In this document: positions 42,409 through 56,197 of the stretch, in pieces
Layout: every line of letters begins with the position of its first letter
Position numbering within the stretch: the first letter of the stretch is position 1
From: an uncultured Alphaproteobacteria bacterium
Lineage (GTDB): Bacteria > Pseudomonadota > Alphaproteobacteria > Rhizobiales > Hyphomicrobiaceae
Assembly (NCBI GenBank): GCA_963724595.1
Contig: CAVRVR010000009.1
Location: 76,819-140,818 of the forward strand
Direction of reading: 5' to 3'
DNA: 64,000 nucleotides
Made by a program: the position numbers and the translations under genes
The notes under the pieces: generated by a model
What the model was told of the DNA's origin: nothing
The model's database searches: none
The model's input: only the letters and a program-made list of their open reading frames with translations

Positions 42409-42984
42409 TCACGCCGCTTTGACGACACGATTGTGCAGGTCGAGGACCGCCATCATGTAGCCGAAACGGTCTTCGACCGCCTCGGCAAGCAGCGAAAAGT
42501 AGTTTGGACCCTGCGGGACGATGTCGCCGACGACTTCGCCGTACTCGAAGCGCAGTTCGGCTTCGAAGTGGCGGGCGATAGCGCGCATCTTGCTGTTCTC
42601 GGCCAGGCAGCTAATGCACAGGTGCTGGACGCCGCGGTTGCGGGCGGCGCGGATGACGCGGCCCATCAGCTCGGTGCCGATGCCGTGCTCCTGCAGCGGT
42701 TGTTCAACGGAAAAGGCCGCTTCGGCCTCACGTCCCCAGGTGTCGCCGAGCTTCTTGAGTTCTGCTGCAGCGCGCACTTCATCGCCGTCGAAGTAGCCGT
42801 AGACGATACCGCCCATGTCGGCCATGCGGGCCGCGTAATCCTCGATAAATGCGTCCGGAACGCCATGTGCGAAGCGCATGCGGCGGCTGTTTTTGTCGAG
42901 ACGCAGCAGGTGGTCGCGGAACTTCGCCGTCTCCGTCGGCCACAGCTTTCGGATCGTGCCCTGAGGCAAATGCTGTTCGGTCAT
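42409..42984 (-). CDS. GNAT family N-acetyltransferase
   Basis: RDHLLRLD..SR.MRF, EAAFSVE..LQEHGIGTELM (acetyl-CoA motif A), CLAENSKMRAIA; GGAGG RBS. Confidence 0.88.
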   Translation of the reverse strand: MTEQHLPQGTIRKLWPTETAKFRDHLLRLDKNSRRMRFAHGVPDAFIEDYAARMADMGGIVYGYFDGDEVRAAAELKKLGDTWGREAEAAFSVEQPLQEHGIGTELMGRVIRAARNRGVQHLCISCLAENSKMRAIARHFEAELRFEYGEVVGDIVPQGPNYFSLLAEAVEDRFGYMMAVLDLHNRVVKAA

Positions 42985-43083
42985 GTCGTACCCTCCGCAT
43001 TTCAACTTGGGCTCCAGCGCCGGCCTCGGCGTTCGAACCCAGATTCGCACCACGCGAGTAATAAAGCGATGCGCGTCGTCTGT

Positions 43084-43095
43084 TGCATTGCACAA
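43084..43095. promoter_or_regulatory. PhaR/AniA-like operator upstream of the GNAT gene
   Basis: TGCATTGCACAA (TGC-N3-GCA core) in the divergent GNAT/zapE intergenic region. Confidence 0.5.
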
Positions 43096-43179
43096 ATATG
43101 AGATGCTCATGGCGCAATTTCCATTGCACCACCGCGGCTAAGGGGCGCGACGCGCCGTCAATGCTGGCCTGTAGCGTCG

Positions 43180-43194
43180 GTGACATTGCGTCGC
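43180..43194. promoter_or_regulatory. RegR/RegA(PrrA)-type box upstream of zapE
   Basis: GTGACATTGCGTCGC fits GNGRCRTTNNGNCGC at every position. Confidence 0.45.
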
Positions 43195-43252
43195 GGGATT
43201 GCGCTTTGACTGCATTTGAAGCAATTGCGCGCGGAAGGGACGATAGAGGCCG

Positions 43253-44377
43253 ATGACGCAACTCCCCATCGATCGCTTGCGCGCGCAGATCGCCGCCGAC
43301 GAGCTCGAAGCCGACGTCGCGCAGCTCGAAGTGGCGGCGCTGCTCGATGCGCTGGCGCGTCGGTTGAACGATTGGCGTCCACGGCGAGGTGCGCTCTTGT
43401 CGCTGTTCTCGCGCTCCAACGGGCCTGCGCCGCGCGGCCTCTATATCCACGGCGACGTCGGCCGCGGGAAGACGATGCTCATGGACCTATTCTTCGCCTG
43501 CGTGCGGTTCGCACCGAAGCAGCGCAGCCACTTTCACGAGTTCATGGCCGACGTGCACGAGCGGATCGGCAGGGTGCGCCAGGAAGTGAAGGGCGACCCC
43601 GTCCCGCACGTAGCGGCCGGCATCGCCGAGAAAACCGGCCTCCTATGCTTCGACGAGCTGCAGGTGACCGATATCGCCGACGCGATGCTCCTCGGACGGT
43701 TGTTCAAGCATCTATTCGAGCGGGGCGTCGTCGTCGTGGCGACGTCGAACTCGACGCCCGAGGCACTGTATGAACACGGGCTCAACCGGCAGCTCTTCCT
43801 GCCCTTCATCCGCTTGATAGCCGAGCGAATGGATGTCGCCGAGCTAAGGGCCGTGAAGGATTACCGGCTGGAGAAGCTCGCGGGGCAGCCGCTCTACTTC
43901 GCGCCGGCCGATGCGCGCGCTACTGCAGAGCTCGATGCGCACTGGGACCGGCTGACGGGTCGGCATCCGGGGGAGGAAGAAACGCTGGAGGTGAAGGGTC
44001 GCAGTGTGCGTGTGCCTCTCGCCTCGATGGGCATTGCGCGCTTTGCCTTCAGAGATCTGTGCGAGCTGCCGCTGGGCACGGTCGACTTCCTGCGTATTGC
44101 GCACACCTTTCACACGCTGATCGTCGACGGCATCCCGGTGATGGCGCGGGACCGGCGGGACGCGGTGCGCCGCTTCATCAACCTCATCGACACGCTCTAC
44201 GACAATAAGGTCTGCCTCATCGCCTCGGCCGCGGCCGAGCCCGACGCGCTCTGCCAGGATGATGCGGGGGCCAAGGCATTCACGCGCACCGCTTCACGCC
44301 TGATCGAAATGCGCAGCGAGGAGTACCTCGCCGGGCGTGCTACGCGCGGCCACACCGAACGTGAGCCCGACCCTTGA
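43253..44377 (+). CDS. zapE: AFG1/ZapE family ATPase
   Basis: GLYIHGDVGRGKTMLMD, HFHEFM, CFDELQVTDIADAM, ATSN, RRFINLID. Confidence 0.93.
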   Translation: MTQLPIDRLRAQIAADELEADVAQLEVAALLDALARRLNDWRPRRGALLSLFSRSNGPAPRGLYIHGDVGRGKTMLMDLFFACVRFAPKQRSHFHEFMADVHERIGRVRQEVKGDPVPHVAAGIAEKTGLLCFDELQVTDIADAMLLGRLFKHLFERGVVVVATSNSTPEALYEHGLNRQLFLPFIRLIAERMDVAELRAVKDYRLEKLAGQPLYFAPADARATAELDAHWDRLTGRHPGEEETLEVKGRSVRVPLASMGIARFAFRDLCELPLGTVDFLRIAHTFHTLIVDGIPVMARDRRDAVRRFINLIDTLYDNKVCLIASAAAEPDALCQDDAGAKAFTRTASRLIEMRSEEYLAGRATRGHTEREPDP

Positions 44378-44388
44378 GCGCCCGGGGG

Positions 44389-45220
44389 TCAGCGCGGATC
44401 GACGGCCTTGGGAGAGGATCCGACGCGCCCATCGCCGATGCCGAACGGCCAGCCGCGGTTGGCGTCGACTGCTACATCGCCGGTGCTGCCGTGGCTCGAT
44501 CCGGCGGTAGCGAAGCGGCGGGTGGAGGCACGCGGCCCGTAGAGAAGTACGGCGCCCATCACGTCGCCCGGCTGCAGGCCCGTCTGCTTTTCGTCGTAGC
44601 GGTACGACATGAGCTGACCCGCGGCGCTCGGATGGTCGAGACCGATGGCGTGCCCGATCTCATGCGCAAGGGTGTAGCGCAGGTCGTAGACGCCGAGACG
44701 GCCGTCGAAGCCGATCTTCCACGGCTGCTTGGGGTTGAGGCAGATGAGCGAGCTGGCGATAATCTTCGTGTCGCCGGTACCTTGCTTCAGCGCGACGTTG
44801 GTGAAGGCGCGGCCAAGCGGTTGAGCCTGGGCGCCGATGAGAATGTCGGCAGAGGCCGGATCGGCCGAACTCGCGAAAGGTGATGTCGGCCACCTTCTGC
44901 CACATGCGGAAGGCGGCAGCGACCTCGCTGCGGAACTGAGGGGCGCTGATCTGCGAAGGTTCATAGGCGCGGGCGGGGGGAATCATCTCCCCGCAATTGC
45001 GCGCGCCGGGGGTCGAGACAGGACCGGTGGCGAAGGCGTAGGTGACGACGGCGCTCTTTCCGAACGTCGGTGTCCGCCATTTCACAGACTGGTTCTCGAG
45101 ATCGAGCAGCCGGAAGCCAAGAAACGTCTTGGCGTCCTCAGCGCCGGCAACGCCACTGCACAGCAGCGCCAGCCCGGTTGCCAGTCCGGCAAAAAGTGCA
45201 GCTCGCAAAACCCCTCCCAA
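44389..45220 (-). CDS. Secreted matrixin/M10-type zinc metallopeptidase (frameshift near 44870)
   Basis: Signal peptide; AAAFRMWQKVADITFRE; HEIGHAIGLDH zinc motif with Met-turn (LMSY). Confidence 0.82.
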
Positions 45221-45346
45221 CGCCCGCAGTGCCGCGGGCCCATCGCTCCTGTCGATCCTCGTAGGCCCCCATACGGCGGTATTCGCACCCCCTCGGTGCG
45301 CGTCAAACCGTTCCCGACGTCGGGCTTTCCCTGCTCAGGGGCCTAG

Positions 45347-47657
<2,311 letters not shown>

Positions 47658-47798
47658 CCGGCTACTTGCGCGCGAACTCACGCGCGCCGCGGCGCATTTT
47701 GGGCGTCCGGTTATAAGTCCGTCTTGATGCAGTGCAAAAAAGGCTTCAAGAGTAGGGCGCGGGCGCAGCACTAGGGCTCCATCGCGGCGGGCGGCGAC

Positions 47799-48740
47799 AT
47801 GGCTATCCTCGTAGACAAATCAACGAAGGTCATTTGCCAGGGCATCACGGGTGCCCAGGGCACGTTCCACACCAAGCAGGCGAAGGCGTACGGCACCAAG
47901 ATCGTCGGCGGCGTGACGCCCGGGAAGGGCGGCTCCAAGCATCCCGACGAGGAGCTAGCCGACGTGCCGCTGTTCGATACCGTGGCTGAGGCGCGCGAGG
48001 CGACCGGTGCCGACGCGACATCCATCTATGTGCCACCGCCGTTCGCAGCCGACGCCATTCTCGAGGCGATCGACGCCGGCTTCCCGTTCATCGTCGCCAT
48101 CACCGAGGGCATCCCGGTGCTCGACATGGTGAAGGTAAAGCGTGCGCTCGAGGGCTCAGGCTCACGGCTGCTCGGGCCCAACTGCCCCGGCGTGCTGACG
48201 CCGAACGAGTGCAAGATCGGCATCATGCCGGGCAACATCTTTCAAGCCGGCCGTGTCGGCATCGTCTCACGATCGGGCACGCTGACGTATGAGGCGGTAA
48301 AGCAGACCTCCGACGCCGGGCTCGGCCAGTCGACCGCTGTTGGCATTGGCGGTGATCCCGTCAAAGGCATGGAGTTCATCGAGGTGCTCGACCTGTTCCT
48401 CGCTGACCCCGAAACCAACTCCATCATCATGATCGGCGAGATCGGCGGATCTGCCGAAGAGGAAGCCGCAGAGTTCATCAAAGCTGAGGCACGCAAGGGC
48501 CGCTTCAAACCAATGGCCGGATTTATCGCCGGTGCCACGGCGCCTCCCGGCCGGCGCATGGGCCATGCGGGCGCCATCATTTCCGGCGGTAAAGGCAAGG
48601 CCGAAGACAAACTGGAGGCGATGAAATCTGCCGGCATCGCCATTGCTTCGAGCCCCGCAGCGCTCGGAACCACTCTCATGGGCGTGCTCAATGGGCAGGC
48701 TAAGAAACCGCAAACTAAGCATGCCAAACTGGCCAAGTAG
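47799..48740 (+). CDS. sucD: Succinyl-CoA synthetase alpha subunit
   Basis: [32 protein letters not shown]. Confidence 0.97.
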   Translation: MAILVDKSTKVICQGITGAQGTFHTKQAKAYGTKIVGGVTPGKGGSKHPDEELADVPLFDTVAEAREATGADATSIYVPPPFAADAILEAIDAGFPFIVAITEGIPVLDMVKVKRALEGSGSRLLGPNCPGVLTPNECKIGIMPGNIFQAGRVGIVSRSGTLTYEAVKQTSDAGLGQSTAVGIGGDPVKGMEFIEVLDLFLADPETNSIIMIGEIGGSAEEEAAEFIKAEARKGRFKPMAGFIAGATAPPGRRMGHAGAIISGGKGKAEDKLEAMKSAGIAIASSPAALGTTLMGVLNGQAKKPQTKHAKLAK

Positions 48741-48847
48741 GCGTATGCTGCACTGCACACTGGATTTCCCGCCGAACGCGCGCCGACCCGGCATTTGACC
48801 TGCGCGCCGATTGGCGTCGCGCATCAATGATCCGTTGAGACCCCGCA

Positions 48848-51808
48848 ATGGCTCGTAATCCCCGCAATGAAGCTTTTCTGCGCACCTCCTTTCTCAGCGC
48901 GGCCAATGCCGGCTACGTCGAGGACATGCAGGCCGAGTACGAGCGCAACCCCGGCTCGGTCAGCGACGAGTGGCGGCACTTCTTCGAGAGCTTGAACGAG
49001 GAGCGCGCCGGCAGCCGCAACGGCGATCGCGGCCCGTCGTGGGGTGTGCCCCCGCCGGAACTGCTCGAAAACGGCGATCTTGTCGCCGCGCTGACCGGCG
49101 ACTACGAGTCAAACGAGCGCACGATCCGCTCCAACCTGCAGGCAAAATCGCACGCGCTCGGCTACGAAATGACGCCGGCCGCATCGTTGCGGGCGACCCA
49201 GGATTCGATCCGCGCGCTGATGCTGATCCGCGCCTATCGCGTCATGGGCCATCTCGCCGCTGATCTCGACCCGCTGGGTCTCGCCGACCGCAAGGTGCAC
49301 CGCGAGTTGAAGCCCGAGACCTACGGCTTTACCGACGCCGACCTCGACCGCCCGATCTTCATCGACCGCGTGCTCGGCTTCGAGACCGCAACCATGCGGC
49401 AGATCCTGCGCATCGTGCGCCGCACCTATTGCCGGCACATCGGCGCGCAGTTCATGCACATCACCAGCCCGACGCAGAAGGCGTGGATCCAGGACCGCAT
49501 CGAGGGCGAGGAGAAAGAGATCCGCTTCACCCCGGAGGGCCGGCGCGCCATCCTCAACAAGCTGATCGAGACGGAGACGTTCGAGAAGTTCTGCGAGGTG
49601 AAGTACACGGGCACTAAGCGCTTCGGTCTCGACGGGGCCGAGGCGATAGTTCCGGCGCTAGAGCAGATCATCAAGCGCGGCGGCCAGCTCGGTGTGAAAG
49701 AGATCGTTATGGGCATGGCGCATCGCGGGCGTCTTAACGTGCTCGCCAGCGTCATGGCCAAGCCGCACCGAGCGATCTTCCACGAGTTCAAAGGCGGCTC
49801 GTTCAAGCCGGACGACGTCGAAGGCTCGGGCGACGTGAAATATCACCTCGGCGCCTCGTCGGATCGCTCCTTCGACGGCAACAACGTGCATTTGTCGCTG
49901 ACCGCCAACCCCTCGCACCTCGAGATCGTCGATCCGGTGGTGCTGGGCAAGGTGCGCGCGAAACAGGACCAGCGCGGTTGCGCGGCGGGCGAGCGCACGC
50001 CGGTGCTGCCGCTGATCATTCACGGCGACGCGGCGTTCGCCGGCCAGGGCGTCGTCGCCGAGTGCTTCGGCCTGTCGGGCCTCAAGGGTCACCGCACCGG
50101 CGGCTCGATCCACTTCATCATCAACAACCAAATCGGCTTCACCACCAACCCGCGCCACTCGCGCTCTTCTCCGTATTGCTCGGACGTCGCGCGCATGATC
50201 GAAGCGCCGATCTTCCACGTGAACGGCGACGACCCGGAAGCCGTGGTGCACGTTGCGAAGATCGCCACCGAGTTCCGGCAGAAGTTTCAAAAGCCGGTCG
50301 TCATCGACATGTTCTGCTACCGGCGCTACGGCCACAACGAGGCCGACGAGCCGATGTTCACGCAGCCGCTGATGTACAAGGCGATCAAGTCGCATCCGAC
50401 GGTGATCGACATCTATTCGAAGCGTCTCGCCGAGGAAGGCGTGGTGCCGCTGGAAGAGAGCCAGCGCATGCAGTCGAGCTTCAAGACGCATCTCGAAGAG
50501 GAGTTCGCCACGGCCGACGGTTTCCGTCCCAACAAGGCGGATTGGCTCGACGGCCGCTGGGCGGGGATGGGCTTTGCCGACGACGATGCGCGCCGCGGCG
50601 AGACGGGTGTTCCAATCGACCGGCTGCAAATCATCGGCCGGCGCATCACCAGCATCCCGCCTGACTTCAACGCACACAAGGTGGTGCGCCGTTTGCTCGA
50701 GCGCCGCCGCGAGATGATCGATAGCGGTCACGGCATCGACTGGGCGATGGCCGAGCAGCTGTCGCTCGGCGGACTGCTCGCCGAAGGCTTTCCGGTGCGG
50801 CTGTCCGGTCAAGATAGCGAGCGCGGTACGTTCTCGCAGCGCCATGCAGTGCTCATCGACCAGGAGACAGAGCGGCGCTGGACGCCGCTGAAGCACGTTG
50901 CCAACGATCAGGCGCGGTTCGAGGTCATCAACTCGATGCTGTCCGAGGAAGCGGTGCTCGGTTTCGAGTACGGCTATTCCCTCGCCGAACCGAACGCGCT
51001 CGTGATGTGGGAGGCGCAGTTCGGCGACTTCGCCAACGGCGCTCAGGTCGTGTTCGATCAGTTCATCTCATCGGGCGAGCGCAAATGGCTGCGCATGTCG
51101 GGTCTCGTGTGTCTGTTGCCGCACGGCTACGAAGGCCAGGGACCCGAGCACTCCTCGGCACGTCTCGAGCGCTTTTTGCAATTGTGCGCCGAGGACAACT
51201 GGCAGGTGGCGAACGTTACGACGCCCGCCAACTACTTCCACATCCTGCGCCGACAGCTGCACCGCAAGTTCCGTAAGCCGCTGATCCTGATGACGCCGAA
51301 GTCGTTGCTGCGCCACAAGCGCGTCCTGTCGCGCCTCGATGAGATGGGTCCCGGCACGACGTTCCATCGCTTGCTGTGGGACGATGCCGAGCACAAGCTT
51401 GATGAGAAGATCAAGCTGGTCTCCGATGAGAGGATCAAACGCGTCGTGCTGTGTAGCGGCAAGGTCTACTACGACCTTTACGATGCGCGCGAGGCCGCCG
51501 GCATCGACAACGTCTATCTCTTGCGCGTCGAGCAACTCTATCCGTTCCCGGCGCGCGCGCTAATGCACGAGCTTGGCCGCTTCACGCAAGCCGAGATCGT
51601 CTGGTGCCAGGAGGAGCCGAAGAACATGGGCGCCTGGAGTTTTATCGAGCCGAACCTGACTTGGGTGCTCGAGCGCATCGACGCCAAGCACAAGCGTCCG
51701 ATCTACGCCGGTCGGCCTGCGTCGGCCTCCACGGCCACAGGTCAATTGTCGAAGCATCTCTTCGAGCAGAAGTCGCTGGTCGAGGCGGCACTGACGGGTG
51801 GAGACTAA
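48848..51808 (+). CDS. sucA: 2-oxoglutarate dehydrogenase E1
   Basis: [29 protein letters not shown] (TPP), [13 protein letters not shown]. Confidence 0.98.
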   Translation: MARNPRNEAFLRTSFLSAANAGYVEDMQAEYERNPGSVSDEWRHFFESLNEERAGSRNGDRGPSWGVPPPELLENGDLVAALTGDYESNERTIRSNLQAKSHALGYEMTPAASLRATQDSIRALMLIRAYRVMGHLAADLDPLGLADRKVHRELKPETYGFTDADLDRPIFIDRVLGFETATMRQILRIVRRTYCRHIGAQFMHITSPTQKAWIQDRIEGEEKEIRFTPEGRRAILNKLIETETFEKFCEVKYTGTKRFGLDGAEAIVPALEQIIKRGGQLGVKEIVMGMAHRGRLNVLASVMAKPHRAIFHEFKGGSFKPDDVEGSGDVKYHLGASSDRSFDGNNVHLSLTANPSHLEIVDPVVLGKVRAKQDQRGCAAGERTPVLPLIIHGDAAFAGQGVVAECFGLSGLKGHRTGGSIHFIINNQIGFTTNPRHSRSSPYCSDVARMIEAPIFHVNGDDPEAVVHVAKIATEFRQKFQKPVVIDMFCYRRYGHNEADEPMFTQPLMYKAIKSHPTVIDIYSKRLAEEGVVPLEESQRMQSSFKTHLEEEFATADGFRPNKADWLDGRWAGMGFADDDARRGETGVPIDRLQIIGRRITSIPPDFNAHKVVRRLLERRREMIDSGHGIDWAMAEQLSLGGLLAEGFPVRLSGQDSERGTFSQRHAVLIDQETERRWTPLKHVANDQARFEVINSMLSEEAVLGFEYGYSLAEPNALVMWEAQFGDFANGAQVVFDQFISSGERKWLRMSGLVCLLPHGYEGQGPEHSSARLERFLQLCAEDNWQVANVTTPANYFHILRRQLHRKFRKPLILMTPKSLLRHKRVLSRLDEMGPGTTFHRLLWDDAEHKLDEKIKLVSDERIKRVVLCSGKVYYDLYDAREAAGIDNVYLLRVEQLYPFPARALMHELGRFTQAEIVWCQEEPKNMGAWSFIEPNLTWVLERIDAKHKRPIYAGRPASASTATGQLSKHLFEQKSLVEAALTGGD

Positions 51809-51866
51809 GGCTTCGCGGTACGGCGGTGATGCGGACAATGATCTTCGCGGGGAAGTGAGATTAGAG

Positions 51867-53159
51867 ATGGCGACCGAAATTCGCGTACCGACCCTAGGCG
51901 AGAGTGTCAGCGAGGCTATCGTTGGCAAGTGGTTCAAGAAATCGGGTGATGCGGTCAACGTTGACGAGCCACTGGTCGAGCTCGAGACGGATAAGGTGAC
52001 GGTCGAGGTTCCGGCGCCCATTTCCGGCGTGCTCGGCGACATCAAGGTCACCGAAGGACAAACGGTTGCCGTCGGCGCCCTGCTCGGCGCCATCAGCAAC
52101 GGCGGTGCGGCGGTGCAAGCAAAGGCCGAGAAGCCTGCAGCGCCGAAGCCGGCACCTGCACCGGCTGCCGCCAAGGTGGTGCCTGCGACCGAGAAATCCG
52201 ACAAGGGCGAGATGCCGCCGAGCCCGTCGGCGCGCAAGAAGCTCGCCGAGGCGGGCATCGATGCGCAAGAGGTGACCGGCTCCGGCAAGCGCGGGCAGAT
52301 CCTCAAGGAGGATGTGCCCGCGGCAAAGCCGAAGGCGCCCGAGCCAGAAACACCGGCGCCGCGTGCCCAGCAACCCGCCTCATCGCCGCCGATGCGCGGC
52401 CTCGCCCCGGTGCCAGTTCCGATGCAGCAGCTGCGCGTCCCGTCGGCGCCCAACGATGCCGCGCGCGAAGAGCGCGTGCGCATGACGCGTCTGCGCCAGA
52501 CCATCGCGCAGCGTCTCAAGGATGCGCAGAACACAGCGGCGATCCTGACGACGTTCAACGACGTCGACATGAGCGCCGTGATGAAACTGCGCAACGAGTA
52601 CAAGGAGCTGTTCGAGAAGCGCCACGGCGTGAAGCTCGGCTTCATGGCCTTTTTCGTGAAGGCGTGCCTGCAGGCGCTGAAGGAGGTTCCGGCCGTCAAT
52701 GCCGAGATCGACGGCGACGAGATCGTCTACAAGAACTACTACCACATCGGCGTTGCCGTCGGCACCGATCGCGGCCTCGTCGTGCCGGTGGTGCGCGAAG
52801 CCGATCGCATGAGCCTCGCCGAGATCGAGACGCAGATCACCGACTACGGCAAGCGTGCCCGCGACGGCAAGCTTGGCATCGAGGACATGCAGGGCGGTAC
52901 TTTCACCATCACCAACGGCGGCGTTTACGGCTCACTGATGTCGACGCCGATCCTCAATGCGCCGCAGTCGGGTATACTCGGTATGCACCGCATCGAGGAG
53001 CGGCCGGTGGTGCGCGATGGACAGGTGGTGGCGCGGCCGATGATGTATCTTGCCTTGAGCTACGATCACCGCATCGTTGACGGCAAAGAGGCGGTGGCCT
53101 TCCTTGTTCGCGTCAAAGAATGCCTCGAAGATCCGCAGCGGTTTCTTCTGGAGCTCTGA
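51867..53159 (+). CDS. sucB: Dihydrolipoamide succinyltransferase E2
   Basis: [16 protein letters not shown], lipoyl ETDKV, E3-binding domain, SYDHRIVDG. Confidence 0.97.
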   Translation: MATEIRVPTLGESVSEAIVGKWFKKSGDAVNVDEPLVELETDKVTVEVPAPISGVLGDIKVTEGQTVAVGALLGAISNGGAAVQAKAEKPAAPKPAPAPAAAKVVPATEKSDKGEMPPSPSARKKLAEAGIDAQEVTGSGKRGQILKEDVPAAKPKAPEPETPAPRAQQPASSPPMRGLAPVPVPMQQLRVPSAPNDAAREERVRMTRLRQTIAQRLKDAQNTAAILTTFNDVDMSAVMKLRNEYKELFEKRHGVKLGFMAFFVKACLQALKEVPAVNAEIDGDEIVYKNYYHIGVAVGTDRGLVVPVVREADRMSLAEIETQITDYGKRARDGKLGIEDMQGGTFTITNGGVYGSLMSTPILNAPQSGILGMHRIEERPVVRDGQVVARPMMYLALSYDHRIVDGKEAVAFLVRVKECLEDPQRFLLEL

Positions 53160-53185
53160 GCCCTGATGGCCTGGGAGCGTGCAGC

Positions 53186-53614
53186 ATGGCGGAGGAAGAC
53201 ATTACTGCGTCGATCGAAGTCTACCTGACGGTAGAAAATGGGCTCGAGGCCATCGCCTTCTATGAGAAAGCGTTCGGTGCCAAGGTTGCCTACAAGGAAC
53301 TGACGCCAGACGGCGCGCTCCTGCAGCATGCGACGCTGGCGGCGTTCGGCGGCCACTTCATGCTATCGGACTACTTCCCCGAATACATTACCGATGTCGC
53401 CCCGCGTTCATCGGACACCAAGGGCAGCATTGCGGTGCAGATCAATCTCCAGAACCCGCTTGAGGTGGACGGAGCTATCGCGCGCGCGGTCGCGGCGGGG
53501 GCCACCGTCACCATGCCGGCGTCCGACACGTTTTGGGTGATGCGCTACGGCCGCATCCGCGACCCCTATGGATATGTCTGGGCATTCGGCGCGCCGCTTC
53601 CCCTCGGGATATGA
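53186..53614 (+). CDS. VOC/PhnB family protein
   Basis: [33 protein letters not shown]. Confidence 0.85.
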   Translation: MAEEDITASIEVYLTVENGLEAIAFYEKAFGAKVAYKELTPDGALLQHATLAAFGGHFMLSDYFPEYITDVAPRSSDTKGSIAVQINLQNPLEVDGAIARAVAAGATVTMPASDTFWVMRYGRIRDPYGYVWAFGAPLPLGI

Positions 53615-53628
53615 ACGGAGACAAGGCT

Positions 53629-55029
53629 GTGGCCGCTTTCGATCTGATCGTCATCGGCGCCGGACCCGGCGGTTATGTGTGCGCCATCCGTGCCAGCCAG
53701 CTCGGCATGAAGGTCGCCCTGGTCGAGAAGCGCGCAACTTTCGGCGGGACCTGCCTCAACGTCGGCTGTATCCCCTCCAAGGCGATGCTGCATGCGTCCG
53801 AACTTTATGAGCAGGCGGGCGGGCATTTTGGCGCCATGGGTATCGACGTGGAGCCGAAGCTGGACCTTGCGAAAATGCTCGCCTTCAAGGACGAGGGCGT
53901 GAAGGGCAACACGGACGGCGTCGCATTCCTGCTGCGCAAGAATAAGGTTGATCATTTCCACGGCAGCGGGCGCATCAAAGGCCCGGGCGTCGTCGAGGTG
54001 ACCTTCATCAACGGCGAGGAGCAGGACATCGACGCCACGGCAATCGTCATCGCCACAGGTTCGTCGGTCGCCAAGTTGCCGGGGATCGAGATCGACGAGA
54101 AGGCGGTCGTGTCGTCCACCGGCGCGCTGTCGCTGCCCCAGGTACCGAAACGGATGCTGGTCATCGGTGCCGGCGTGATCGGTCTGGAGCTCGGCTCGGT
54201 GTGGCGGCGGCTCGGCGCCGAGGTGACGGTCGTCGAGTATCTCGACCGCGTTCTGCCGGGCACCGATGGCGAGGTGGCGCGGCAACTGCAGCGCCTCCTG
54301 GCGAAGCAGGGCATGACATTCAAGCTCGGGCACAAAGTGACGGGCGTTGCGAAGAATGGCGCCGCGCTGAGGGTCACCATCGAACCGTCGAAGGGCAGTG
54401 AGGTCGAGACGCTTGAGACCGACGTCGTGCTCGTCTCCATCGGTCGCGTGCCGTTCACGGAGGGGCTTGGGTTGGCCGAGGCCGGCGTGAAGCTCGACAA
54501 CCGCGGCCGCGTCATCGTCGATGCGCACTACCAATCGAGCGTGCCGGGCATCTACGCCATCGGTGACGTGATCGACGGCCCGATGCTGGCGCACAAGGCA
54601 GAGGACGAGGGTGTAGCCGTAGCGGAGTTGCTCGCCGGACAGGCCGGGCACGTCAACTACGACGTCATTCCGAATGTCGTCTACACCTCGCCGGAGGTGG
54701 CGAGCGTCGGCAAGTCGGAAGAGGATCTGAAGGACGCGGGCGTCGTCTACAAGGTTGGCAAGTTTCCGTTCACCGCCAACGGCCGCGCCAAGTCCAACCA
54801 AACCACCGATGGCTTCGTAAAGATAATTGCCGACGCACAGACCGACCGCGTGCTCGGCGTGCACATCATCGGCGCCAACGCGTCCGAGATGATCGCCGAG
54901 CCGGCGGTGCTGATGGAGTTCGGCGGCTCGGCCGAAGACCTGGCGCGCACCTGCCACGCGCACCCGACGCTCACCGAGGCGGTGAAGGAAGCGGCGCTCG
55001 CCGTCGACAAGCGCGCCATCCACATGTGA
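53629..55029 (+). CDS. lpdA: Dihydrolipoamide dehydrogenase E3
   Basis: [28 protein letters not shown]. Confidence 0.97.
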   Translation: MAAFDLIVIGAGPGGYVCAIRASQLGMKVALVEKRATFGGTCLNVGCIPSKAMLHASELYEQAGGHFGAMGIDVEPKLDLAKMLAFKDEGVKGNTDGVAFLLRKNKVDHFHGSGRIKGPGVVEVTFINGEEQDIDATAIVIATGSSVAKLPGIEIDEKAVVSSTGALSLPQVPKRMLVIGAGVIGLELGSVWRRLGAEVTVVEYLDRVLPGTDGEVARQLQRLLAKQGMTFKLGHKVTGVAKNGAALRVTIEPSKGSEVETLETDVVLVSIGRVPFTEGLGLAEAGVKLDNRGRVIVDAHYQSSVPGIYAIGDVIDGPMLAHKAEDEGVAVAELLAGQAGHVNYDVIPNVVYTSPEVASVGKSEEDLKDAGVVYKVGKFPFTANGRAKSNQTTDGFVKIIADAQTDRVLGVHIIGANASEMIAEPAVLMEFGGSAEDLARTCHAHPTLTEAVKEAALAVDKRAIHM

Positions 55030-55045
55030 GTGCGCTCAGCGCGAA

Positions 55046-56071
55046 CTACTCGAGCGGGGAGACGCTGTAGCCGGCCTGGCGCAGCAGCGCCACGAGGCCC
55101 TTTTCTCCTGGCAGATGCAGCGCGCCGACGGCGATGAACACGCCACCCTTGTCGAGCAGCGGCTCGGCGACGCCGCTCATCTTCTCGTTGCGCTCGACCA
55201 GCAGCTTCTCCTGGAAGCCGACGAACGCCTGATCGCTGACGCCGGCCTCTTTGGCGAGCGCGATCTGGAAGGGCATCGCTGCTGTGATCTTGCGGCCAAT
55301 ATAGAGCTGTACCAGCGTCTCCATGATGTCGTCGGTGCGATCGGCGTATTTGAGGCTGGCGCGCAGCATGTCGAGCTGCTGCTGCTCGGGTACCGCGGCG
55401 AGTGCTTCGAGCTGCGCCGGAATGGTCTCCAGCCCGACGACTTCCAGCCCGCGCGCCTTGCCGATCTCGGCGATCTTCATGTCGAGGACGCGCGCGCCGT
55501 GCTGCACCTTGGCGCGTTCGCAGTCCGAGACCGAGAGGATCATGGTGACGATCCACGGCTTGAACAGTGCCGCGAGATCGACCGGCATGCCGGAGCGGCC
55601 GATGATCGATTTGACCGCGTCGTACTCGGTGTTGGACAGCAGAGTGTCGAGGCGCCGGCCGTCGGTGAACATGACGAGCGGGGCCGATTGGGCGATCACC
55701 GAGGCGGTGGCGTTCTCCGATAGGTCGGAAACCTCGAGCGCCACCACCTTTGCCTCGTTGAGAGCCGCCGTAACGGCGGGCGACAGGTTGGTGACGCGCT
55801 CGTCAGTCAGGTGAACGGTGCCGAACAGGTAGGACGCCGGGCGACCTTCCTTCTCGATCTTCCACAGGATGGCGCCGGCATTCTTGGTCACGGCGGACTC
55901 AGCCATGATGAGGTTATAGGTCTGCGGGTCCCTGGCGGCCGTCTCGGCCAGCATGTCGACGCCGCGGCACTTGTCGGGGAAGGCGTCCTTCTCGGCAGCG
56001 CTGGCGCCTCCGGTTAGCGGAAGAGCGGCAATGGCCAAAGCGGCGATGGTTAAAGGCAGACGGAAACGCAT
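55046..56071 (-). CDS. TraB/GumN family protein (Tiki-like), exported
   Basis: Signal peptide; LWKIEK...SYLFGTVH; GLET...QL; ERN; AVGALHLPG. Confidence 0.9.
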   Translation of the reverse strand: MRFRLPLTIAALAIAALPLTGGASAAEKDAFPDKCRGVDMLAETAARDPQTYNLIMAESAVTKNAGAILWKIEKEGRPASYLFGTVHLTDERVTNLSPAVTAALNEAKVVALEVSDLSENATASVIAQSAPLVMFTDGRRLDTLLSNTEYDAVKSIIGRSGMPVDLAALFKPWIVTMILSVSDCERAKVQHGARVLDMKIAEIGKARGLEVVGLETIPAQLEALAAVPEQQQLDMLRASLKYADRTDDIMETLVQLYIGRKITAAMPFQIALAKEAGVSDQAFVGFQEKLLVERNEKMSGVAEPLLDKGGVFIAVGALHLPGEKGLVALLRQAGYSVSPLE

Positions 56072-56197
56072 GCGACTTCTCAACTCCGGTGCGCGCGGGG
56101 GATGGCCCGCCTTTTAACGGGGACCGGCCGAAAAAAAGGGGCAAAATTACGTCAAGGTTTCGAGGATTTTTGCTAAGCGCTTGAATTCGCAGGACGT

